Assembly: GCF_009834535.1 (NCBI RefSeq)
Contig: NC_045696.1
Span: 76,324,001-76,388,000, forward strand
Length of the DNA stretch: 64,000 nucleotides
Reading direction: 5' to 3'
Source: Camelus ferus
Lineage: Eukaryota
Shown: positions 50,691-63,480 of the stretch, piece by piece
Layout: each line of letters opens with the position of its first letter
How positions within the stretch are numbered: position 1 is the stretch's first letter
Translations under genes and position numbers: made by a program
The notes under the pieces: model-generated
What the model saw: only the letters and a program-made list of their open reading frames with translations
Databases searched by the model: none
What the model was told of the DNA's origin: nothing

Positions 50691-51803
50691 TCCAACTAAA
50701 AAAAAAAAAAAAAAAAAAGTAATAATAATACCAAGCAACAGTAAGAAAAATTAAAATATCTACTTTTCCAAAGGTAGAGAGTATTCTGACAAACATGTGC
50801 AATTTCATGGAAATACCAGCCTTGGTACTAACCTACGTTCCCAGGCTCCCTCTCTCCTTGGTGAGCACCATTTGTCAGCTACCTGCTATGTGAAGTCAGG
50901 CTTCCTTTAATAACTGTAATGAGAGACTGTAGCTCCAGCTTTCCAGGAATTGTTCCATATTCAGTGCATCCCGATCCTTCTTGGTTTTATAAATTCACTA
51001 GATAAACTAGAAAATATCTTTCTTCTCCAAAGAAAATCTCCCTAAGGTTGCAGCTTGGTGCATTCAAAGCTCTCTGAGGAGAGAGCAGGAATAAAAGCCA
51101 GCTGGAAAACAACTGGTCCTCTAACAGAATCCTCTAGAGAATTCACGTGCACACAGGCTCTCTCCTACCACTGTAGCTCAACATTTGCTCTTGGTTTTGA
51201 GCTGTTTTCATATCCTGGCACTTGCTTCTGGGCCTGTGCATCCCTGAGAGCCTGTCCTGGTTGAGCACACGGAGGTGCTACTCACCTGCATCCTTTATCC
51301 TTAGAGTATACCTAGTTTCCTCCCAGCTAACTTCCTTACCTCTTGCCCCCTGCCAAGGACTTCCAGTGACCACTCCTTTGTCCAGACTCCTTCCTCTGTC
51401 CTAGTGTGGGAGAGAAAACCAAGCTTCACACATGTGTAGAATTTCCTGGAGTAGTTAATTATTTTTTAATTGAGTCACTACATTTTTATTCTGCCCACGT
51501 ACATGTTTAAAAAGCTACTACTGTCTATTAGCGTCGTTATTTACTAAATGTTATTTCTGAAGGTTCTGAGTTTGTTTGGTTTTTTTTTTAATAAACTGCA
51601 TTTTAACTCAAAGAGAGTAAGAAAAGTATTATTTTATTTAAAATTAACTTGTCAAAAAACATAATACATTGTCCTTCATTATCTTATCTCTCCTCAGTTG
51701 GTGAAAATTTATCACAGGTCTACATTTGGGAACAACTGCCCTCAGGTCTAGAGGTCAAATAGCTTTAAGATCTAGGATAGCAACAAATGACCACATCTGC
51801 ACA

Positions 51804-52024
51804 CAGGGCCTGGATTTGGGTGAGGAGAGTGAGGCATTGGCCTTGGCTGCAAAAACTGGACAGATGTGAAAAAACTCAGGAATCAAGATAAATCATATTT
51901 TAATAAAGCAAAATTACTGCAAAAATCCATGTTTTAAACAAAATATTGAAATCTTTAAAAAGGACAGGATTGGTATATTGATTTTTCCTTTTGACACAGC
52001 TCCAATACGGCTCTGCCATCACCA
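51804..52024. mobile_element. hAT MITE (MER96B-like) with 8-bp TSD
   Basis: cagggcc...ggtgaggagagtgaggcattggcc...aaaaaactcaggaatcaagataaat...ttttccttttgacacagctccaatacggctc; flanks tctgcaca (51796-51803) and tctgcact (52025-52032). Confidence 0.8.
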
Positions 52025-52604
52025 TCTGCACTAATACAATCCATGGTAGGCACAACGGAAATTAGAGAACATTCCTTATAAAACACGGGGCTGCCTGAAC
52101 GTAGGGGCCACAGTGCAGTCTCTCAGACTAGTGCGGTCTGGGCTTGACCAGCTGACGACTGTAAGTGTCTCAGAAGGCTTACTCTCAGTGCCCTTTAAGG
52201 AGTATAGGTAGGTCAAGGCAGACTAACCAGAGTTTTCTTTACAAAAGGAATCGATCAACTTCATGCGAAAGTGAAGAGACATGTTAAAACTCAGGTCTGA
52301 ACATCTCCGAGAAGAGGGGAAAATGGGCTGTCCCTTAAATACCTGTGCTGGGTGCAAAATGGAGAAACTGTCCATTCTGAGGGGATAAAAGGGTCCAGCC
52401 CATGAGCTCAGTCTGGGGACCCTTCTTCGGTGTCAGCAAGAAGAATTGAGGCCTGACAGTGGTGTTGATTCCCTTCCTACACCTAAGGGGACAGAAGAGA
52501 GGCAAATAAAAAAGGTGAACTATGTCCCCTGAAAGGCACTGAGACTGCAAAGCCTCTCTGTTTGTGGTCTAATGGCAAAGGCTCACATTTATGGATAACT
52601 CCCA

Positions 52605-52775
52605 ATGCTTAGCACTTAATACACATTATCTCATTTCATACTAATAACATCTCTAGGAGGAATGCATTAGCCTTTTTTCATGATAAAGAAACTGAGGGTC
52701 ATAGTAGAGATGATTCTTGAACTCAGGGAGTCTGATTCCAGAGCCTGCATGCTTAACCACTCACTACACTGCCTC
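52605..52775 (+). mobile_element. MIR SINE
   Basis: cattatctcatttcatac...gataaagaaactgagg...tctgattccagagcctgcatgcttaaccact. Confidence 0.7.
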
Positions 52776-53070
52776 TTAGGAGTTAAGACAGGAAGGAAGC
52801 ACTTGCCCAAAATAATACTGATGGAAAACTGTCTGGAGAATATACAGTCTGTCGATTCCCCCAGACATTTCAAATCTCAGCCTTGGATCAAGGAAGAACA
52901 CTACCAAGCTGTACAGCCATCAGCTTGACATTGAAGGACATTATAATCTAACACTGAAGGACAAAACAAACCTTAACACAAAGACACTGTTGAAGGCACC
53001 ATCCACTACCGTGACATAGTATCTTGCTTACCAAGACCCATGGGGAAACATTTCCTGTTACTCTCAGTAC

Positions 53071-53095
53071 AAAAAAAAAAAAAAAAAAAAAAAAA
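53071..53095. repeat. Poly-A tract (A25)
   Basis: Seen directly. Confidence 0.9.
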
Positions 53096-54341
53096 GCTGT
53101 AGTCTCCTAAATTGTCACTTTGTTTGTAAATGTGAACAGAGTAAATTCTGTCCCTGTTTGATTTCCATCTTTATTATGGCTACTAGGAATTGTTAAGCCA
53201 AATTTATATCCCACATCTAGAAACTCTCTAGGACCATATACCTGTAATGTATCTTTTGGTATACTATGCTCACTCCTTGCTTTATTAGTTTCCTACCTAT
53301 ATTCTCCTTTGGTCCTGATTTCCAAAGCTATTTGCTTTATTCTTTCCTACGTTACATTGTCTTTAATAAGGTACTGAATGAATGAATGAACGATAGCCAA
53401 ACAATCACCTGCCTTTTCTTAATCAACTGGAAGAGATGAGTGACACCTATAAAAGTCCCTGAATCCCAAATTAGAAGCCCAGAGTTGATAAACAAGGCAG
53501 TGCCTGGGGGAACCTTATGATCATTGGGGTTCAACAGTCATTAACAACATAGTAACTAGCAAAGCCATGGCGTAAGTGGAAAGGGTGAATGATGAACTCA
53601 TGCTGGCAATGAGAGGAACAATGCTACTTGGAAAAGCATTTGAACCATTCTGGGGACCCTGGCAATGAGAAAGGGAGAACTTTGGAAGACTGGATTTCCA
53701 TTCATGATGCGGGTAAAGGAACCTGAGGATTCTATCAGATGTTCTTGAGTCAATCATTCCAGGCTACAGTGTCCTATAAGATATGACTATATGCACGCAA
53801 GGTTGAACCGTGTATTTGCATTGGTTTGCCTCTCTGTTTTGCGATTTGTAACTCCAAATCATAATTATGCTTTTAGGTACCAAGTTTATCCCAGGTTTAC
53901 AAATCACTTAGTGATTTCACTTTTGAGGGACTTCTAAATGCTCCCAAAGCTACCTTTATTGAAGTCATTTAAATCTTCAGTTGCTGACTCAATACTACAG
54001 CCCTAGTAAAGCCAAGTTGATGGGTCGGTTCCAAACAGTCAACAGAGAAAAGGGATGTCCAAGAGGAAGGTAAATTTGACTGAAGAGGAATCACATGAGA
54101 GGCGCTCTGGTTAGAGCTTTGCTCAGATTGCAGAAGCAAATATACTCTAAATTCTATGTTCAAGATCCCCCAGTTGGATCCTGATTGACAGCCTGATTAA
54201 GCACATTACCCATGTCTGAGCAGTAATCTGGAACTTAATGACACATGACCATTTCAACACTTTTCCTAAATGATTATACCTGCCATAAGAAAATGTCCTG
54301 TGCTAGACTGGAAATATCTGGAAAAGGTCTTTAGGCTTCTG

Positions 54342-54680
54342 AATCAGTCAATCAACTAACAAATATTTATTAGTTATCACCCATGAATTCATCACTGTGA
54401 CCAGTTCATTGGTGAAACCACAAAAGGCACTGAGACCTGTCTGCTGCTCTCAAAGAACTTACTGTTTAGTTGGAAAGACAAGCTACTTGTTAAAAATTCA
54501 AGCATCCTCATAATCAAATCATTTGGCAGTACCAATAGAATTCCAAAAAAGGAAGAGAACACTGAGAGTGGGATCTGTTAAAACAGAAGTAGAATCTGAG
54601 CTGACCGTGAAGAGGAGGCAAAATTTAATGAAGAGCAAAAACAGAGAGAGTTCATCCCAGGTTGGGGAAAAGAGAAGGAA
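54342..54680 (+). mobile_element. L2 3' fragment
   Basis: tcagtcaatcaactaacaaatatttatta...ctgctctcaaagaacttactgtttagttgg. Confidence 0.6.
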
Positions 54681-57102
54681 GATGCTGGACACAATTAGCT
54701 GCGGTTGTTTTGAGCTGATATTAGAGCTCCCATCACTCCGGTTGGCTAAAGAGACACTGACAGATACGCCAGGAAAGGAAGAACAATTCTTTCAGGACCA
54801 CACAACTTAAACAGCTTTGCAGAAGCAGCTCCAGGTTTTGCATTCCTTATTTACCAAACAGGCTTCACTTGACTCTTTCCCCTTCCATGCGGATCTCATT
54901 TTCCATTATATTTTGAGCTACAGTTGTGAAAGCACATTTATTGGGGTTTGCAAGGAATGTTCAAAATACAGTTACTACATACTTTCAATGGGAAGTCCTG
55001 CCCTTCCAGATGGCTCTCCTGTTTATTGCTCTGTGCATGGGGATGAGGACACACCCTCCAATTATAAAACCAACACAGCACAGCTCCGTTTTCTCCCATT
55101 TGCTTCTAGCCACATGGGAGACCTTCATTTTTCTTGGAGATGATGATGGAAGTATCTAAGGAGTAGGGTCATACACCCATCCTTGGGAATGGGGGCAAGG
55201 AGATAATTGATTCACAGCCAGCAGACATGTAGTCTCAGAGCAGCCAGTGACGTTCCCGGAGCGAGTAGAGCTAAGTGGAGCCTGCATTCTCTTGTCAGGC
55301 TAAGGGCTTTGGAAACACCAGGGAGAGGGAAACAGCACATTTGGTTTCTTCATAATAAATCTCCCATCTTATTGTCTGAGACGTTTTGCTCTCCTGAGGA
55401 CAGAGGGCCTGCTTCTCGGGCTTTTCCAGTTGGCACTTCCTTGCCTCCCGCCCATTTCTATTAAAATGGTTTACTGGGGTCCAGAAGAGGCAAGCTGCCA
55501 CACCAAGCTTTTTGTTTTCTATTCTTCCCACTCCCTGCCCCCGCATCCCACTCTTCCTCAGCCAGTCATCACTCCCCAGGGGGTCTCTTTCTATGGGTCT
55601 TCAGAGAGAAACAGTTCCTGGATTGGATCGTGAAGCAAAGCATTATGAGACTCTAACTCAATCTCAATTACTATTTGGCACATTCTTTTATGAGTGAGAA
55701 CTGCAATAAAATAGGAATTTCTAAATTTAACTAGCATTATACAATGCAATTATTTATTACAGAAGGCTGTTGTTTATATATTGCCTGAGCTATTGATTAG
55801 TATGAAAAAGGCAGGGTACAGAAAGCCATATAAATCGATCATTATTTAAAGTGGTTAATCAAATATCTAATTTGTTTCCATGAATTTTCCTCCAGTAATC
55901 ATGCTGCATATCACATAATGTTCCAATGGACTGTTATCCACAGCCACATACCCACCCTCCACTAGAGTCTAGCAAGACATGCAAAGAGATGACTTTCTCA
56001 GTCTATTGTTCGAAATGCTGGAAAAGGCAATTAAAGCAGAGTAAACCATATTTTTCTTCCACACACCCATCCTCGCTTTGCTCACTCCCCTAATAACCAT
56101 AAGCTGAAACCACTTAAGAGTTACAATTATCCGTCATCATTATCACCCATATTATGATGAGGCTGCTACCCACTGCAAATGATGCTTCTGAAAATGAAAG
56201 ATGCTCTTCTGAGAGATTTTTGTTTGTTTGTTTTTTGCTTTATAGGCTCCTTCGGGCAGAATGGGGGCAGGTGGGGAGAGAAAGAGATGAAAATTCAGTC
56301 AGGAAAACAATTAACTAGCACAGCTTCACTGCACAGTAACATCAAATCATAGAGCAATTAGAGCCCTGCAAAACCCCCGGTTTGGTTTCATGCGCATTTA
56401 AGGATGAAAACTGATATGTACGCTGAGCTGATGCTGGACTACAAATGAAAAAATCAAAGAGGTAAACATTGTACAATTTCTTTCTCTGCCTAATCACATC
56501 TCTGGAATGGGGGTTTGGGCTAAGAGTATTTTTAGTCTGTACACAAGAAAATTTACCATTTCTCTCCTCAAGCCTTGGTAGATTTCCAGAGAACTGTCTA
56601 CCATTCTTCTTTTTTTTTTTTAACTTCCACATTAAATAAAAAACTTAACGTTTGCCAAAAAATATATTGCACTTGTTGATTAATAAAGAGGTTATTTAAC
56701 CCATTGTCCTAACAGCTCACCAAAGCCTTAACTGTTAAATCCAGGAAAGTAGTAAGTAAAGCTTCCCAAAAAGCAAGATGATGGCATTTTTTAAAAGAGA
56801 AAAAGATCTCCCAATCCTTGTGGAGTTGAGCTTTACCACGTAAAAGAAATTCACCTTTACCTTGCAAAAAAAAAAATGCCAGTATAGATTACATAACCTG
56901 CAAAATATGTATATTCTCTTTCCATTTTTTTTTCCTAATTTAGTCCTTTTCTCTTAGAAAAGCTTTCGGTACAATAGGAGTTAATTTGTACTACAGCAGG
57001 AGTCTCCCTACACAAAGCCATCCACAGAGGCTCATTTTCCCCTGTCCACTCGGAAGGTGTTTCTGTCACTTTTATGAGTGACTAGGGCATCTGCTTCCCT
57101 TA

Positions 57103-57870
57103 TTTCTTTTTAATAAACTATTTTGGAATAATTTTAGATTCACAGAAAAGCTGCAAAGGTATTACAGAAAGTTCTCATAATACCCCTTATCCAGTTTCCC
57201 CATTTTTTACATCTTACATTACTATGACACATTCATCAAAACTAAGAAACTGACATTGACAGATAACTACTAACTAAATTCTGGACTTTATTTGGATGCC
57301 ACCGGTTTCTGCATCACTGTCCTCTCTCTGTTCCAGGACCCACCTTATGGTACCACAGTGCATTGAGTAACATGTCTCTCCAGTCTCCCCACGTCTGTGA
57401 CAGTTTCTCAGCCTTCCCTTGTTTTTCATGACCTTGGCTGTCTTGTGGACAAGTTGGATATCCTTTCTATGTTCTCCTATCTGAATTTCTCTCTTATTTT
57501 TTCTCGAGATTAGATTGGTGTTATGGGGGTTTAGGAAAAACAGCACAGAGGTGAAATGCCTTTCTCGTCACTTCATATCAAGGGTACCTGATATCCATAT
57601 GACATCACTGGTGACATTAGCCTTCATCTTTGGTTAAGGTAGTGTTTGCCAAGTTTCTCTACTCTAGGGTTACTATCTTTCCCTTTCCTTTATTTATTCT
57701 TTGGAAAGGAGTCACTAAATCCAACACACACTCAAAAGGGATGGTGGGTGAGAACCTCCTGTAGAGGGAAGTGTCTACAGATATTGTTTGGAGAAGCGAG
57801 TATCTATCAATTATATGGTAAGAAAGACTTTCTCTTCTTCCCCATGTATTTATTTACTCAATCAATTGCT
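57103..57870 (-). mobile_element. L1MC-like 3'UTR fragment
   Basis: ttttggaataattttagattcacagaaaagctgcaaag...ccagtttcccc...ctgttccaggaccc...cacagaggtgaaatgcc...ttggttaaggtagtgtttgccaagtttctc. Confidence 0.85.
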
Positions 57871-58339
57871 TCCCTTAATTTTAAAATAAGATAGATAATT
57901 GAAATGATGAACATCTTAATTGTAGAAGACACTAAGAAAACAAAGTTTTCAAAGAAATATTGTTGTTGCCAAGGCCTTTTAAATAAATCGAATTTAATAT
58001 TAATTTATAGGCCCAGGGGAAGATATACACATGAGGTTACACACCCACTCTCCAATGACCAGGGGTCAGTGTATATTATACAAATTAGGCTTATTTACCC
58101 CAAGCACTTTATGAAACAAGCAGTCATTTGAAACTTCGGCTGAAGCATTTTGGTTCAACAAATATGCCAGTCACCTTTCAACCTTACTCAACCAATGATT
58201 ATCTCTGCAAAAAAAATATAGGAAGCAGGTGTTAAACCCTTGTTTGAAGGCCCCATTTGGCATCCCACGGCACTTGAAGGACAGTGTGCGAGCCATTGTC
58301 TGTGATGACCTCCATCACAACTTCTCTCTTTCAGCAGTT

Positions 58340-58700
58340 GTTAATTCATTACTCATGCCTTCCACAGACATTTATTTAACACTTACTATATGCCAAATGG
58401 TGTGCTGGGTCTCGGGACACCAAATTGAAGGAAAGATCACAATAACAAATGAAGACCTTGGCCTATAGCAGGTTCTATGTGAGACACACTGATGGGCTGC
58501 AAAGAAGCCCAAAGGAGGAAGTAGTCCATCTACCCGAGAGAGGAAGGAAGGCATGGCTATATTAAGATGCTACCAAGACTGGGTCGCAAAAGCTGTTTCC
58601 CAGGCACAAGGCCAGGGTAGAGGAGGGTGGGGAATGTGAGCAAAGGATGACCTAAGCCAAAAGAGAACCTTGAACAAAGGCACTGAGAACATCCAAGAGT
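58340..58700 (+). mobile_element. L2 3' fragment
   Basis: attcattactcatg...acagacatttatttaacacttactatatgcca. Confidence 0.55.
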
Positions 58701-58954
58701 TGGTGACAGGAGACCCCACAGCTTCTGTGACCACACAATCCAGGTTCAACCATTTCTAACAGGATCCCTAGAAGTGTCATGTTTCCTGAAGGAGTCTGTG
58801 GCTTGCTTGCTCTTTTCAGTAGTTTATGGAAGAAAGTAATTTACAAAGGATGCATGGAAAGTACTTTGAAATAGTTTGTTCTGTGAACATGCCAAAAGAC
58901 GATACTTCACATCTCACCCAAAGAAAAGAAGGAAACAATAAATCCCACACTTAA

Positions 58955-59135
58955 CCAACATTTATCAAGCTTCTATCATTCCCAAGCACTGTGCTAGGTA
59001 CCATGCAAACATTCTCCCACTTTTTGAATGATTATTAATATTATCATAATTTTATAGATGAGGAAACTTTGTCTTCACATGGCAGTTTACCCAGCTTGGT
59101 AAGGGGGAAAAATAGGCTTTCAATCCAGTTGATTT
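58955..59135 (+). mobile_element. MIR SINE
   Basis: acatttatcaagc...gcactgtgctagg...attttatagatgaggaaact. Confidence 0.65.
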
Positions 59136-59160
59136 TGATTGAGTTTTATTTCCCCTTCTG

Positions 59161-59997
59161 TTTTGGGGGGTTTTGTTCTTCTGCTGTTGTTGTTGTTGTT
59201 GGGTTGGGTTGGGTTTTTTTGGTATGTGGCAGGTTTAATAAGCAGAGGAACTTACATAGGAGACTTGTCTTGGGCATCACAAGATGAGTAGACCCCTGTA
59301 CCTGTCCATCAGAATCTTAAGAGTTTATACAGAGGCCTTAACTGGGTTCAGTCACATATACCATCCAGATGGTCTCAATGACGTATTACTTTCTCAAGGC
59401 TGCATCCTTGAAAATGGTTCTCATTGTGGGAACAGCGGGCAGAATATAAATCCCAAGCACAGGGGAGGGAGTGAGGAGTCTCCAGTTGCCTGGATGCAAC
59501 TCATGGGTCAACTGGTTATCACATTCTCTCAATGACCTCCTCCAACACTCCACCCCTCATGCCCGGCTCGTACCATCTCACACGTCCCCTTCTTCCAAGA
59601 TGTGCCCTGAGCAGTGGTCAGCAAGGGGCCTCACTAGCATGGAGGGACTTGTTTGCCAGCTAACTGGCTGCTCTGGTGGCAGACATCACAGTAATAACAT
59701 AGGCGCATGTAAGAGAAAACAGGATGATTCCCAAAACCAGTAACATTTTTTTCCACCAAGAGCCCTGTGAGCCAAACCACTGATGTATTAAGTCTCCTAG
59801 GCTGGGGGTCAGATCACTCAGGGTCTTCACTTGTGCCCTCATGTGATTTATTAGCAGACTCATCAGGTGTGAACACACAACATTCTGCTTGGATACTGGC
59901 ACAGGTGCCTCCTTCCGGGGCAGTCATAGTGTCCAAGGCCATTCTATTCTGGAGGACAGCTTTTCTATTAGAGGTGCCTCAGCATTCAGTAAGGCCA
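59161..59997 (-). mobile_element. Class I (gamma-like) ERV fragment: env TM, PPT, 3' LTR U3/R and A-rich tail
   Basis: Minus strand: env TM remnant, PPT-like ATGAGGGGTGGAG (59548-59560), LTR starting TG at 59547, TATAAA, ATTAAA (59234-59239), then A7(CCCAA)n(CAA)n tail. Confidence 0.85.
59660..59997 (-). pseudogene. env: Retroviral envelope transmembrane subunit remnant
   Basis: Translation [37 protein letters not shown] contains the immunosuppressive-domain motif (59931-59954) and CX6CC (59877-59903); after a frameshift comes ...WFGSQGSWWKKMLLVLGIILFSL (membrane anchor). Confidence 0.9.
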
Positions 59998-61398
59998 GGT
60001 TTCTGGGTCAGTATTGGTAATGTCACACGAAAGAAGAGTACTGGTCCTAGCTTGTTCTTCCTTAATGGACTGCCTTAGTGCCTTTGAGTCCCCTCCCTGG
60101 AGTGGTGATCCCCACTGTGGAAATCGCGATGAGCTAGATCAGGGGCAGCTGCCCACATACGCAACAGCTGAACCCCACGCTGAGAGAGCCACGATGTCTG
60201 CAAAGCCAGTGCAGGACCTGAGCAAAACTGGGCACGTGTGTTATGTTTATTTCCTACTAGGCAAGAGCACGATTGCTGCTGCCACCGAGCACCCAGAAAG
60301 CAATGGGTGATGGCACTTAGGGGAAACCAACATGAAGTTAACAGGGCCTCAGGAAATGGAAATCCAGAGCTCTGAGACTAAGTTTGAACAGAGTCACTAA
60401 ACTTTGGCTCAAATCTGAGTCAAACACCTAAGATCTAAAGGACACTGATGCAGGAAGGGAGGGGCAGGAACATGAATTTCAAAAAAACAGAGTCAATGGG
60501 AATAAGAGATAGCAGCTGTGTCAAAACAGGCTGAGTGTCAAACACTCCAAGAATCAAGATGAAAAATTGTGTCTGATACGAAGCCAAGGTAAACAGGAGC
60601 TGGACCGCAGAAAATAAGGCTGGTAGGGATGAGAGAAGACCTGCCCCCACCCCAGATACAGGGGCTGACAGGATCTGCTCCCTTTGACCCGGGTGGCAGT
60701 GCCCTATTTAAAAAAAGGAGAAATCCAACTGTAGTATCAGCTACCCTGAAACAAAAAGTTCAGAGGAAAAAAAAAAAAAAAGCCAAAGAAGAACTAGAAG
60801 CCCATATATGAATATTTGTATCATTTTTAAAATGAAAGGACCTTTTAAGTGGCGGGGAGCTACTACAGAAACATCCCTTCTTTCCCTGTCTTAGCTCGTA
60901 ACCCACTGAGACACAGACCGGGGAGTCAGAGGGATGATGAGCACTTTCACTGTTAAGTGAGATACCAGAGAACACGGCTGAAGTCAGTAATGGCAACGGG
61001 CCTGCTAATGCTGTCCCCCAGCAGCTGACTTTCTCAGTTACAGGCAGTGCTGACCACCTGCAGGCCTGCACTTGGGTGGCGGGGGTGGGGGGCACCCTAT
61101 AAAACAAGGATCAGAGGATGTGTGCTGTTTGCAGAAAGGGGGCAGATTCAGGGCAAAGGAGTAAAGGGGGCTGTCTCTTCTCCCAAATTCACCACTCAGG
61201 TAAGTGGCAGCTCAAAGAGAAGCCAGGTGTGTTACTGCAGTAGAGGTCTTCCCACGTGGAGAATATGGAGTGTGGAGCATAAAGGTTCTCCCTATACTGA
61301 GAACAGCACCAAGGTACAATCCACAAAGAACAGACGGGAATATCTGAGTAGATAAAAACTGTAAACGTCTACATGTGATGAAGAAAAAAGCATAGGTA

Positions 61399-62030
61399 TA
61401 TTCAATTCTTGCTGTTCGCTGTAATGTTCTGTAATATCACCGTGAGCACCGAATTAACAAATACTGAAGCACTGCTCCAAGGGGAAGTACAGCCCTAGGT
61501 TCCTGCAAGCCTCTGACCCCAACATTTTCATCAGTCAATTAATATATAAGATTACATGCGTTCCTGTACCTTACTTAATATGCATTGTTGATTGCTTAAC
61601 ATTGAACTCATGGCCAACAGCTACTATAAGTCACGCCTGAATGAAGTTTATTGAAGATGTATTTTCTCTGTAAGGCACATCACAGCCTTCTGGCACTTAG
61701 AACACAGACAGCACTTCAGCATTACCCTTTGGGGGCCATGTTAAACAGTGAAATCACCAACGAAAAGCGCCAATATGTAGAAAACGTGGCACTAAACAGA
61801 CTGTGAACAGGACAGTTGTTTACAGTATGTGTGGTGAAACAAGAAGGCAGAGGATTACCTTGTGGGACCTCCGCTGGGAACTACCATGTCACATCACTCA
61901 GACTTTTCACTGCTGTGTGAATGTCCACAAATGACCACAAGAACATGACAAATATCAGTTTGGGGTTACAAGGAAATTTTAGTGTGTAGGCAAATTTGCA
62001 AATGCAGAATCCATCAATAATGAAGGTACA
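61399..62030. mobile_element. TcMar-Tigger non-autonomous DNA transposon (Tigger13a-like)
   Basis: gaattaacaaatactgaa...ggggaagtacag...taggttcctgcaagcctctg...aacattgaactcatggccaacagc...aaggcacatcacagcctt...gaatccatcaataatgaagg. Confidence 0.8.
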
Positions 62031-62034
62031 CACA

Positions 62035-62830
62035 CACACTTCAAAAGCAAATGACAAAATGAGAACTCTTTCATATATGTCAGATAAAGGATGTACTAAT
62101 TACTACACAAAGAGATTTTGTAAATTAAAAATAAAAGGCAAATATCCCAATAGAAAAATAAAATCAAAGGATGTGAATCATGCAATTCACACTTGAAGAA
62201 ATACACATAATTTCTAGAGAGAAAAAACTCTTTGCAACTTTTAAATGAAACACCACCCCCTCCTTCATATAGGCTCACGCAGGGTGGATGGAGTAGAGCT
62301 GAGCATAACCATTCTGGAAGCAATGACGAAAGGCTTCAGAAAGCTCATCTCCTGTAATTCAGAAATTCCAATTTTACCGAATAATCTCAAGGAGGGGAAA
62401 AAATAAGTGTAAAGAATTATATCCATTGATAATTCCTTTATACATTGTTTATAATATTGTGGGAAATGTGGGAAAATCTTGTATTTCTAAAAACAAAACA
62501 CTAGTTAAATAAATTATGATATACCTACAGAATGGAATACGATATAGACATTAAAAATGTTGTTAAAATACATGCCTTGAGATGATACAATATGTGTACT
62601 TTTCTTATGCCATTTAAGTTAATTAAAAAACATATATTGTCATAGAAATTTGCTCCTAGTACATTTATAAGTGAAAAATAAAGGTTATAAAACAGTATTT
62701 ACAATATAAGCCCATTTTCATGGATCCACAATACATTCAACAAATTTTTAAGAATAAGTATCTATTAGAGGCAGGAATATCAGTATTTCTTCAAACCTCT
62801 TGTGTTTTCAAATTATTTCCAAAATCACTA
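62035..62830 (+). mobile_element. Ancient L1ME ORF2/3' fragment
   Basis: aaatatcccaatagaaaaataaaatcaaaggatgtgaatcatgcaattcac...gttaaataaattatgatatacctacagaatggaatac. Confidence 0.65.
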
Positions 62831-63274
62831 TGCATAGATTTTGAAGCAAAAATAATATTTAATGTTAACACAGGATATCTGCAATGATCTTAGCATTCTT
62901 TTTCTTTTTTTTTTTTTGAAGTAGAATTGACAAGCAATTTATTTGTCTAGGTTGTTCAGGAAAATGAATCAACATAAACACAGAATAAGATAGGTATCAA
63001 CTTATACCTGGATGTCCCCAGGAGCCCACTAAAATTGTCATTAATGGTTTCTGGATTAAAGTATAACTAAATTTTGCTGCAATAGTAGAATTCTTTCCAA
63101 TAAACCGCAAACAGACAAGTATAACTTGGATTAAAATAATGAAATATTACATTTGAAAGGCATGGTAGCCACATAACATTCAAATATGGTTGAAAAATCT
63201 AAGCTTGCAGAACTGTAAAACTGTTTCACCAGAACCTTCTCTATCAGCAGATTTTACTGGCACTATACTTACAC

Positions 63275-63480
63275 TTCTTTTTTATTTTTTTATTGAAGTA
63301 CAGTCAGTTTACAATGTTGTGTCAATTTCTGGTGTACAGCATAATGTATCAGTCATACATGTACATATATATTCATTTTCATGTTACTTTTCATTGTAAG
63401 TTACTACAAGATATTGAATATAGTTCTTTGTGCTATATACAGTATGAACTTGTTATTTATCTATTTTATATATAGTAAAT
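63275..63480 (-). mobile_element. Short L1 3'-end fragment (lineage-specific type)
   Basis: ttttttattgaagtacagtcagtttacaatgttgtgtcaatttctggtgtacagcataat...tgtgctatatacag, similar to the 3' termini at about 26850 and 27920. Confidence 0.85.

Noticed and set aside
59660..59997. Syncytin-like domesticated env gene
   Set aside because: Only the TM C-terminal part is present, with frameshifts and no SU, signal peptide or furin site
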